From Rhizaria sp. SCN 62-66 (lineage: Eukaryota): DNA of 63,283 nucleotides. The stretch is taken from positions 124,001-187,283 of the forward strand of contig MEDY01000003.1 in the NCBI GenBank assembly GCA_001724265.1, read 5' to 3'. Positions 25,467 to 35,813 of the stretch are shown here, in pieces. A model generated the notes under the pieces. The model was not told the origin of the DNA and ran no database searches. It saw only the letters and a list, made by a program, of their open reading frames with translations. The translations under genes were made by a program, and so were the position numbers. Each line of letters begins with the position of its first letter. Position 1 is the first letter of the stretch.

Positions 25467-27881
25467 ATGTCCAACCTGGCCCGCGTCGTGCGCGCCTCGT
25501 CCAAGGCCGCCGCGCGCAGCAACTCCGCCGCCTCCTCCGCCCTGTCACACTCGCAATCGCACTCAGCCTCCACAAGCTCGGGCTCGAGCACCGCCGGCTC
25601 CAGCGCTGCTACAGGCGGCGCAGTGCACATTCCGGTCAAGTTCCTCTCGTTCGCGCCCCAGTCGGGCCACATCGATGGCGTGGGCCGCTCGCTTAACGCC
25701 GCCGCCGTCGGCACCATGCTCGGCGCCACCAAGGCCGCCGCCGCGTCGCGCAACGCCGCCAACGGCAGCGCGGCGCAGTTCTCCACTTCCGCGGCCGACG
25801 GCACTGCCGTTACTGCGCAGCCTGCAGCGGTGGACCCGGAGACGCGCTTCCAGAAAATCAACGCGCACTTCCGCACTCGACACACCGGTACGTCCTGCGT
25901 GTGATCGCACACTTGACTTGGAACAAAACATTAAATCATGGATTGAAAAGTGTCGCACATCAGAATTATATAACTATGGAACTTCGTCGAACAGTGTAAA
26001 TTGTGTTTCTCTACATCTTTATTATCGTTTCTTACTCACAATTACTATCCATTGTCAAAACGCCATGTTTCGCTCTGCATCTGCGCGGCTGCCACAGCCA
26101 AGGACCACATCATCCACGGGCAGCACTACGACGTGCGCGTGGCCGCGGTGCGCAACACCGACACGCTGCGCGACGCCGCCGCGCGCCACGGGCTCATGTC
26201 CGAGGAAGCGTCCTACTGGGGGCCCATGGCCGCGGGCGCTTCGCTGTACGCGTCCTTCCTGCGCGGCGACGAGCGCGTTAAGGTCGAGATCGCTATGCAG
26301 GGCGCCGACACGTTCAGCAACGGCAGCAGCGACGACGGTGACGGCGACGGCGGTGGGGAGATCAACACGGTGTATATCGAGGGTTTCGCGGTTGGCGAGG
26401 TGCGCGGCTACGCCAAGTTCGAGCAGTTGCGCGTTGAGAAGGCCCTTGCGGGGCTCGCTAACATGCGCCTGCAGCAGCAAAAGGAGGCGCTCGCGGAGCA
26501 GCAGCAGCGCGCTCTCAGTCCGGAGGAGACCGAGGCCGCCGCCGCCGCCGCCGATCTGAACGAGGCCGAGGCCGAGGCTGAGGCCGCCACTCAACAGCTG
26601 AGCGCCGGTAACCGTGAGCGTGCGCGCCTCTCCGGCGCCGTGCCCGCAGCAGCCAGCGTGGGCGGCATCATGCAGGTGTCCAAGGTTCTTTACGGCATGC
26701 ACACGCCCTACGTCTCCAAGACCCCAGCTACGGGCCACCCGGCCGAGGACTGGAACACGTTCTTCTCGCAGTCGGAGCAGATCGCGTCCTTCATGCACTG
26801 CGCCGTAGACATCACCACCGCGGGATCGGGCACACCTGTCAGTACCTCTGAGTCCGTCGCTGGTTTGCGTGAGGGTACGCATGAGTCCGGCGCCGTGCTG
26901 GGCGGCGGAGTGACTGTAAGCACCGCCGCCGAGGCCGCCGAGGCCACGGGCGGCCATGGTCTGCAGCCGGGCCAGAGCGCCGTGTCGCTCGCGCCCATCG
27001 CGGAGAGCGACGTCAAGTTCTGCGGCGGTGTGTTGGTGCAGGTGCTGGCAGGGAGCCCCGATCCAGTGCTGGCCGCAGACATCCTCAGCGCGCGCCCCCG
27101 CCCTGCCAATTGCAATGACACCCCCACGAGTACCGGAACTTCTGCTGACACGAGCAACACTGCGAGTGGTGCGGAGATTGGCGGCCAGGGCCACGTGGAG
27201 GAGACCGACGACGCGTACGTGAAGCGTGTGCAGCTGGAGCGTCTGCGCGCGCGCGTGTTGTCCCTCGACATGGCCGCACTGGTGGCCTCCCACGGCGTCG
27301 CGGGGTACGTGGCCGCCGTGCTGGGCCGCGATCCCGCCCTGCTCACAGTCACCCCGCCCACGGTCACCGAGACGCTCGGCTTCAACGCGGCCGGCGAGCG
27401 CGATTTCGAGGCGCTGGAGCGGCGCTGCGTCGACTCGAGTTACACCACGCAGCAGGCCGCCAAGGCGCCCGGTGTTGCGGAGGCCTACGGCGCGCGGCTG
27501 GGGTGGGCGTACCGGCCCGTGGCTTTCTTCTGCCGCTGCTCGCAGGCCAAGCCGGAGCAAAAGGTACGCGAACAGTCAACATATCGAATTGATATACGTC
27601 TTGCTTTAATTGAAAATATTAAATTTGCTAATTATATATGAGATTCCTATATGATTTGAAACTATATCTTGATCTAAGTGCTCTTATTGCTTACATCGTA
27701 CTGGTTCATGTATTCTTTTGCATAATAGCTCCGTGGCCTGCCTCTGGACCTGCTCGAGGAGCTGGCCGCCGAGGGTGAGGCCGTGTTCACGTGTGACTAC
27801 TGCCGCCACGAAGTCGTCGCCACGGCGCAACAGCTAACAGACGCCGCCAACGAGCTCAAGAACAAGATGGCCGGCAAGTGA
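25467..27881 (+). CDS. hslO: Hsp33 (HslO)-family redox-regulated chaperone with N-terminal extension
   Basis: Exons 25467-25887, 26098-27563, 27729-27881. KDHIIHG..VRVAAVRNTDTLRDAAARHGL, LRGDERVKVEI, GEVRGY, FFSQSEQIAS, GGVLVQVL and redox motif FFCRCS...FTCDYC (CxC-x-CxxC). Ends TGA. Confidence 0.88.
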
Positions 27882-28599
27882 GCTGTAAAGCTGATCATTT
27901 TACAAGGTAACTGGTGTGACTCGTTTTGATCGGGGCCGTGCGTTCCAAGCCGCAGTGCGTGGCTTGTTGTATGTATATTTATTGGTAATTCAACACAATC
28001 ACGCTTTTTAGTGTATATCTCTTGATGTAGACGAAGTACACTGTGTTTTGTAGATAATTGGTGGTCTTGATGGTGTTTACTGTGTCATAAATTCGTCGAT
28101 GTCATGACGCAGAATGGCATCATGAAGCAATATCATACCGCGTGCATAACACTTGCACTATAAAATACATCGAACACAGTGTTGTTATAACCCTGGCCGT
28201 TGTTTAAGAGCAGATACATCAGGAAAGTTGACCTCTTAGGTTCTGGCTGCTTCGAGCCGTCGTGACATCTGCTGGCGTAGTCGCGTTAAGCAATCCCCAT
28301 AGCATTAGAAACGCGGGCATGTAAACTAGACTCGCGCCTTAAATACAGTGTGATTATAACATATGAAGAACCACATGTTACAGCTATACGCACCACCGGT
28401 TTATCACTAAATGAACGTCGGAACGGCTCTCGGGTGAAATGCCACCCCCATAGAGCACCACACACAGCATCAACGCATACGTAATAATGATAAAATGTTT
28501 ATATACGTTAGGGAGTCGTACACGGACGTGTTTTATTGAAGATTGCGAGCGTCTACAGCTGCATACATGATGTTTTGACATCTCTTCGACATGGTAACC

Positions 28600-28659
28600 G
28601 ACTGTGAGCAGTCGGTCGGTCGGAGCGACGCGGCACCTAATCGGAAGGACGACTCGAAG
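28600..28659 (+). promoter_or_regulatory. Three-block upstream motif, copy 1 (GACTGTGAGC..CGGTCGGTCG..CGACTCGAAG)
   Basis: The same three 10-mers occur in the same order at 35303-35253 on the minus strand; lies ~265 bp upstream of ATG 28924. Regulatory role is inferred. Confidence 0.45.
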
Positions 28660-28923
28660 CCCCATGCTTTGTTTTGATCGTTGTATAAATTTTAACAGCA
28701 ATGTCGACGTAGAAACTTCTTTCGGCATTTAGATCCAACTAATTATTTGTTGAAACAATACCATCTGCCTTTCCCACAGTCTCTCTCCTGAAGTCTATTT
28801 CTCAGCTACCTGACTGCTCTGCCTCGCGCCCATGTTTTCTTTCGATCGTCCATCACAATGTCATTCAATCACTATCGGAATCCGCACTCAAACATCTTCC
28901 TACAAACCATATTACATGTGTAG

Positions 28924-29873
28924 ATGAAGCTTTCGCTTGTCGCGATTTGCGCCCTCTTCGCCTCTGCGATGGCGGTCCTCACCTCCGCGTCTGCTGTTCA
29001 GTCTGGGTTTACTTCCACGGCTTCAGCATGCAACTGGAAGGCGACTGACGGTACGCAATGCACTCTCACACACAGTGCGACTGACCTTGACTTATGATCT
29101 GGGCTTTGCCTTTTGATGACACGCATCCCATGTCTTCTTCGCTCACTCTTAACGCGCCTCCTTTCTTTGCAAACCACCGCTCGTCTCGCACTCTTGCCTG
29201 GCAAACAGGCACACTCTACGACTTCTCTGCCCTGACGACGGCTGACTTTACCGCGCCCGTTGAGTTCGGCGGCTCGACCCCTTTCCAGATCGTTGCCCGC
29301 TTCTGCGGCGTGACAGAGAAGGTCAAGTGCAACCCCGAGGGCGCGTTCTGCCTCGCCGACGCCGACGCCATCGACGCCGTCAAGCTGCTCGGCACATGGA
29401 CCAACGCCAAGGGGCCCGACTCCTTCCTCAAGAAGGACGACGGCGTTGTTATCAACTACGACGCCCCCACCGACGGCCTGTCGGTGTACCTCCGCTGCGC
29501 CAAGACGGCCGGCAAGCCCGTCGCGCAGCGCGTCAGCAACGACTTCGTGTTGACCTACGATCACCCCGCCGGCTGCCCCGCGTCCGGCGGCAGCGGCGGC
29601 CTTTCGGGCGGCTGGATCTTCCTCATCATCCTCCTCGTCGTCACTGTACTCTATATTGGCATTGGCTGCGCTGTGTGCATCAAGAAGTACGAGAAGCGCG
29701 GCATCGAGGCGTGCCCGCACAAGGACTTCTGGTGCGCCATCCCCGGCCTCGCCAAGGACGGCTGCGCTTTCACCGTCGGCAAGATCAAGGGTTGCTTCGG
29801 CGGCAACAAGGGCGGCATGTCCGGCTCGGCGGGCGCCGACGCCGGCGGCTACAACAGCTACGACTCCGCGTAA
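28924..29873 (+). CDS. ATG27 / cation-dependent mannose-6-phosphate-receptor-like type I membrane protein
   Basis: Exons 28924-29050 (signal peptide MKLSLVAICALFASAMA) and 29209-29873. Cys-containing MRH-like luminal domain (YDFSAL...HPAGCP), GLSGGWIFLII...LYIGIG transmembrane helix, GIEACPHKDFW..IPGLAKDGCAF tail, terminal Tyr motif. Ends TAA. Confidence 0.8.
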
Positions 29874-30099
29874 AGCAGCACGATGATTATTTGTTTAGTT
29901 CAAGGTTTTGTTTTTATATATGTCGGTACTTGTGTTTGATAAATAGTTCTAATAATTAGAGTAGTAATATTATACATATTATTCGTTGAATCAAATGTCA
30001 GGAGTTGTATTAAACTTAGTGGAGCTAAATATCAGGAGTCTAGGTATCATGATCATGTTCTTGTGATAAACGCAATGGCAGACAGCAGCAGGCGTGCTC

Positions 30100-31425
30100 T
30101 TAGTTCTCAGCGCCGTCCGACTCTGCCTCACAGTCGCTGTCGCCAGTGATGACAGTGGGCTTGAGACTGTTGGCAGTCCGAAAATCGTCACGATCACAGT
30201 CTTCGTCGGCGGCGGCATCGGGAACGTAGAACCCGTTGGCGTCGAAAGTTAGGCCGCTAGCATCAAAGGTCATCTCGTCATCAGTTCCAGTACTGTTGCG
30301 GTCAAAACCACCACGGATGTCGTTGTTCGCTGAACCATTCGCGTCGGGTGTGTTGCTAAGTGACAGCAATGACTTGAACTGCTCTGGAATAACAAGCACA
30401 GACTCGAGGTGCGCAAGGACGGACACAGCAGTGCCACTCAAGCCTGAACTATCAACATCAGCGTTTCCATCAGCACCATTGTCCACAGTCATGTCAGCGT
30501 TATCATCCTCACAGTCGTCGGTGGCGTCGGCGCCGTTCTGCGCTTTACTGCGAAAGTAAGCCGCCTGCTCCGCCTCAAACGCGCCGAGCGCGCGCGCCAC
30601 CGTCATGTAGAGCGTCTTCGTCTCCGCGGTCGTGGGCAAAACGAGGGACAGCGGGGTCAGCGAGACTGAGAGCAGAGAGCGTAGATGTGAGCTTGAGAGC
30701 GCCGCAGTCGCGGTCGCTGTTGCAGCCTCAGCCGAAGTCGCAGCTTCAGAGGCAGAACCGTTGGTTGCCTGGAAAAGCAGAAGTGTTGTGTCGTCGTAGG
30801 TGTCAATGCAGTACGAGAGGCGCGCCTCCGCCTCAACCTCAGCATCTGCGTCGTCATAGTCAGCGGTAGAGTCAGAACCAGCTGCAGCTGCAGCTTTAAC
30901 AGCAGCAGCACTGCTCTCGGTGTTGTTGTTATTGCTGTTGTCGATGTTCACCCCGAGCTTTGTAAGCGCAGTGGGAACACATGGGCCGTTTAGCAGACGG
31001 AAACACACGCAGTTCCCACCGGTACTCGCGGCGCCAGAGCCGGTGCCACTGCTTGTGCTGCTGTGCGAAGTGATTGCGTGTGTCGAGATATCACCGAGAC
31101 TGATGTAGAGGCCGTGGGTGGCACCGCGGGGAAACCAGAAGACGCGCTGAGAGGTCACAATGACGTCGCCAAGGCGACCAGACCACGACAAGAAGGGGGC
31201 AAGCGCCGGCTCAGTCGCAATAGAGGCAGACGCGCTCGTTGTGATATCAGCGTTCGGCTTAGGGGTAGCAGTGCTGACCGAAACAAGGCACGCGTGCAGC
31301 TCGTCGACGGGGAAGTCAATGATAGCGGTACTCTGGCAAAGCACGGTCTCATCATCTGTGAGGCCGTTTATACCGCCGCTTGCGAGGCGGGAAGCGGCGT
31401 AGACCAAAGTCGTGAACCGAGGCAT
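30100..31425 (-). CDS. CLNS1A: pICln / methylosome subunit-like (Voldacs PH-like domain) protein
   Basis: Single-exon ORF; GDVIVTSQRVFWF...GLYISLGDISTHAIT...CVCFRL resembles the pICln core, acidic stretches, and VLAHLESVL resembles the C-terminal helix. Ends TAA. Confidence 0.65.
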   Translation of the reverse strand: MPRFTTLVYAASRLASGGINGLTDDETVLCQSTAIIDFPVDELHACLVSVSTATPKPNADITTSASASIATEPALAPFLSWSGRLGDVIVTSQRVFWFPRGATHGLYISLGDISTHAITSHSSTSSGTGSGAASTGGNCVCFRLLNGPCVPTALTKLGVNIDNSNNNNTESSAAAVKAAAAAGSDSTADYDDADAEVEAEARLSYCIDTYDDTTLLLFQATNGSASEAATSAEAATATATAALSSSHLRSLLSVSLTPLSLVLPTTAETKTLYMTVARALGAFEAEQAAYFRSKAQNGADATDDCEDDNADMTVDNGADGNADVDSSGLSGTAVSVLAHLESVLVIPEQFKSLLSLSNTPDANGSANNDIRGGFDRNSTGTDDEMTFDASGLTFDANGFYVPDAAADEDCDRDDFRTANSLKPTVITGDSDCEAESDGAEN

Positions 31426-31797
31426 TGGTGTCTATGAAGAGTCTGACGAGGATGCATTAGAAGAGGTGAGACTTAATGGAACAAATAAAATGTACAATAA
31501 CGCATTTCAAACACCAGATCAAAAAACTGGCTTGAAAATGAGTGGTCTACCTCAAGATCAGCTTTGTTTAATGTGGAGTTGCGGGCTTGCGGAAGCTTCG
31601 GGTCGAGGCGAGATGTGGTGACGCGGCAAAATCGGCTTTCTTTCAAAGACAATCCTACGTCCCATGTCCGTTGAATGTAAATGCGGTAGTTTTTCAGGTT
31701 ATAATAATAGTGTATTGTTTCTTTTATAAAATCTTACTTCTTGGATCTGCGTTTCCCGTGTACCCAAACTCTTTTCCCGAAACAGTCTCAGCTCGCC

Positions 31798-32765
31798 ATG
31801 AGCACTGCCGCTGCCGCTGCCGCTGCTGCTGCCGCCGCTGCGCCCGCCGCCGCTTCCGCCGCATCCACTATCGTCGCCGACTCCACGTCTGCTCCTGTCG
31901 CGCAGACTGTGCTGCTGAACATCTTCGCCCCCGAGCTCATCCTGCTCGGTTTCGTCCTCGTCCTGCTCAACCACGCTTATAAGACTTACATTGTCCCCAC
32001 GGTGCTCTCCCGCCTCTTCACCAACTCCGAGGACCGCGAGGACTACGACCGCATCAACGCCGAGATCCGCCGCCTTAAGCGCGAGGCCGCACCGCTCACT
32101 GGCCCCAGCAATTTTGCGCAATACTCTCTCCTTAAGCGTAAGATTCTCTCTCTTGAGCGCAACCTTGCGTCCATCGGTACGTTATCCCTCTCAGCGAACA
32201 AAACACCTTGCCCTTTCTCACATTTCCCATATTTATCAATGATCATGCGTGATCGTATTTTCCACTGCTGTTTCGATCTTAATTTTGATTTCATTTTCCC
32301 GGAGCGGTCGCTATGCCTCCGATATCTTCATTTGTCCAACGTTATCACTAACTTCTCGCTTTCCCCCTTGTCCTCGTTTATACCTGCGCGTTCGCTCGCT
32401 CAGCCCCCCGCGTCAAGACCATTGAGACCGCCTCTAACAGCGGCAAGATCCGCTTCATCCGCGACATCCTCCCGGTCCTCATCCTGCTCGTCACGTGCTA
32501 CATGTTCTACAACCGCGATCTTCTAAGCGTCGTCAACACCAACCCCGACCGTCCCTACGGCTGCTGGGTCTCCATCTCAGGCATCTTCGGCCTTTCCGCG
32601 TCGGTCGACGACCGCCTTGCGCTGCTGTCCGAGTCGCTCGTCTTCTGCTCCCCGCTGCGCCTGCTGCTGCGCGGTTCCATCGGTTTGTTCCTCTGGACCA
32701 TGGTCGTCTCTCGCGCCCTCGCGTTCGGCGGCGCCGCCATTGCGCAGCTCAAGGGCTCCAAGTGA
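31798..32765 (+). CDS. GET1: GET1/WRB-like tail-anchored protein insertase subunit
   Basis: Exons 31798-32176 and 32404-32765 (phase 1). N-terminal TM, coiled coil EIRRLKREA..L.GPSNFAQYSLLKRKI..LE resembling the WRB/Get1 loop, two further hydrophobic segments including GSIGLFLW. Ends TGA. Confidence 0.68.
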
Positions 32766-33297
32766 GCGCCTTAACAAGCGTTCACGCAGTCAAGCAACCA
32801 ACTAAGCAGTAACAAAGATACGCAAACGTGGGCCAGTAATGTGACTACAAGTGTTGCTGTTACTGTTGTTCTGTGTGTCTGTGGCTGAATGTGAACGCAT
32901 GTCACGTCTCATGGTAAACATGCGAATGCGATTGGCCAAAAGAATACACAACTCGATGGTTATTAACTGCATCAAACAAAGTAGCGTGATAAACTGACAT
33001 CTTCCTGCAAACGTATACAACGAGGTGTTTGTGTGAAAGCAAGTTATAATTGTATAGAAATCAAGAAACAGCATAGCATGTTGTCAACCGTAAACACCAC
33101 AAGTCGAAAAGACAGTTGAACACACGAGTGTATTTATCGCATCGTCGAAGTCCTTCATCAACGTTAAAAGCGTGACTTTTTGTGAATGTGAGATTCCTTA
33201 CGCCTTTTATTGGCCCCAATAGTGTTATCTTCGTGTTATAACCCGTGCATAGGTCTAAATACTAATTTAGATCAGTAGATCGTTCGTCGCGACTGAC

Positions 33298-35033
33298 TCA
33301 GATAGCGCTCTTCTTGCCCGGGACGCCGGAGCCGATCTTCTGGATGAGCCGCGGCTTCACCACGATATACCCCTCCTCGACCTCCTCGAGACGGCCCTTG
33401 AGCTTGCGGCCAACAACGCCGCCGATCTTGACCTCGGGCTGCGCAGACAGACGGTGCTTGCGCACCTCCTTGATACGGTCGGAGTCGGTCTAAACGAAGC
33501 AAAACAAGCAAAAACAAGCAATAGTCAGTTTGTTCGAGACAAAATAGTGAAAGTGAGGTTAAATATCATCACACGGTTCATAAACGATGAAATTTAGAAA
33601 TAATAGCGTTCGTGCTTTAGTTAAACATAGTGTAGTCAATTTGCTGCATGATGCCCATCATATCGATCTTAGTTAGGAGTTCTGTGATGTTTACGTACGC
33701 GCTTGACCTCGGCCTCGGTGAGGCCGCGCTCCTTGGCGACCTCGGCAGCCAGACTGGCGACTGTGGCGCCTGCGGCAGGCTTCTTGGCGGCCTTGGCCAG
33801 CGCGGCGTCGACGAGAGCAACGCGGCGCGAGAGCGCCTCGGCGGACGCCACGGCGGCCGCCTTGGCGGCGGCCTTCTTGGCGTCGCTCTTGGCCTTGGCG
33901 GCGATGGCGGCGGCGATGGCGGCGCTCGCAGCCTCGTCCTCGTCGTCCTCGTCGGCGTCGTCCTCGCCGTTGTTGTTGCCGTCTTCGTCGTCGTCGCCGG
34001 AGGAGGCGTTGTCGTCGATGTCACCGGCCGCAACGTCGTCGTCGTCGTCATCCTCGTTATCGTCGTCGTCGTCGTCAGCGGCGTCGTTCCTGGCAGATTC
34101 GTCGAAGTTGGTGAAGAGTTGCTCGAACTCCTCCTCCTCGAGCTTGCCGACATCGATCATCGACAGGGCGCGGGTCACGGCCTCCTCCTTGAGCTCCGTA
34201 GACAGCAGGTTCGCGCCCTTGCGAGCCGCAACAACCGCGATGTCAACGGGCGCCGCAGCGCTGCGGGAACGCTTGACAACGGGGCCCGCGGACTCGTCCT
34301 GGTCCTCGGCGTCCTCAGCGTCGTCGTCGCTGTCGTCGTCGTCGTCGTCGTCGGTGTCGGCGGCGCCGAGGGTCTGGAGCTTGGTCATGAGCTTGATACG
34401 CTTCTCGAGCTGGGTCGCCGTGTCCTGCATGATGTTCACCTTGATGTCGCGCGCCATGGCGACGTAATTGTCGCCGTGCTTCTTGATCAGGTGCTGCAGA
34501 CGGTACCTGCGAGTGTGATACCACAATACAGAAGCGAGAAGCAAAAGAGGATACAAATCAGTGAATATAATAAGTTGATAACGCCACACTTGACATCATG
34601 GTGTTTGATAGTGACAAATAACCAATATATCGATCATGTTGATAAAAAAAGATCATACACGTGAGATATACATTGTTATATACAGAAGTTGTGATTTGAC
34701 GTACTGCTCCTGGACCGACATAGACTTGACCTGGTAGGAGGCGCGCTTGGGGGCAGCCTGGGCCTTCTCAAGTCGGGCCGTCATGCTGCCGCTGCCGCCA
34801 ATCTCGGTTGCGCCCGCGGGGCCGCGCTTGCGGACGGTGGGCAGCGCCTCGTTGGCATCGAAGACGATACCGAGGTTGCGGTAGTTCTGGCGCTGCGACA
34901 GACGCTCGTCCCAGCCCTCGATGTTCGTGCGGTGGGCAAGCGCAGCATTGTGCGCGTAGTGCTGCGTGCGCTTGTGCTTGTGGCGCTGTGACTTGGTATG
35001 GGCAAGGCCAGAACGCTTACGGTTAGCCCTCAT
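33298..35033 (-). CDS. NOP16: Nucleolar protein 16 (ribosome biogenesis) with long acidic C-terminal extension
   Basis: Exons 35033-34705, 34506-33699, 33489-33298. Motifs WDERLSQRQNYRNLGI and LIKKHGDNYVAMARDIKVNIMQDTATQLEKRI. Ends TGA. Confidence 0.85.
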
Positions 35034-35252
35034 TTCTGCGACACGAAGCGGAGGTAAGAAAGAAAGTCCAAGGGTGTGTTAAAGCAGACACAAAATAGTA
35101 CTATTGTCACAACTAGGTAGGCTTTTAAAAGAATGGACATATTATCCCGGTCGTATATTATCCGGAAATCGCGGCTATATTATCACTGACGGATTTGCTA
35201 TCAAATTACACATCAAATGCGAACGGCCTACATCCTAGGTCCTGAGGGTCTT

Positions 35253-35303
35253 CTTCGAGTCGCTTGTCTCAGTCACCGACGACCGACCGTTGAGCTCACA
35301 GTC
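35253..35303 (-). promoter_or_regulatory. Three-block upstream motif, copy 2
   Basis: Reverse complement reads GACTGTGAGC-TCAA-CGGTCGGTCG...CGACTCGAAG; ~220 bp upstream of the NOP16 ATG in the same relative orientation as copy 1. Confidence 0.45.
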
Positions 35304-35813
35304 ACCTGGTAGGCTGGTTTTAAGGGGCAGGAGACACTTACCAAGAGCATCTGCTGACTGGGCTATTTCGCAGTCGGGACCGAGCACAGGCGTAAACAAG
35401 CTCAGTCTGCTCTCAGGACAACGTCAGCATGGGTGGTATTTTGATATTAAATTAACCTGAGACGTGGGACGTGCGAAACGCATTAGTTGTCGTCGTGACG
35501 ACGCGTCCTAATTGCGAAATCTGCGTGTCAAATCGGCGCCGTCAAAGGCTATGTCGTGGAGAAGGCGACCGCAAAGCCCCTCTTGCCTCGCCTTAAACTA
35601 CTTTTCAACAGCATCCCCATGTGTTGATATTTATTTAAAAATGTATTATTTGGGTTTTCTCGTCTACATCATAACAAATTATTCTCAACGATGCTTTGTA
35701 TGTTGCAGATATCTTGTTCCCAATCGCTCGCTCGCAATGGTTCCACTCATCGACTCACCATCTCATTCTGCTCTATTGTGCCTTTGCCCTCCTTATTGAA
35801 GTGGTGAATAACC

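Noticed and set aside
27882-28923. Suppressor tRNA(CUA) or other ncRNA in the longer intergenic regions
   Set aside because: No cloverleaf or A/B-box pattern recognised by eye; such a tRNA could lie elsewhere in the genome.
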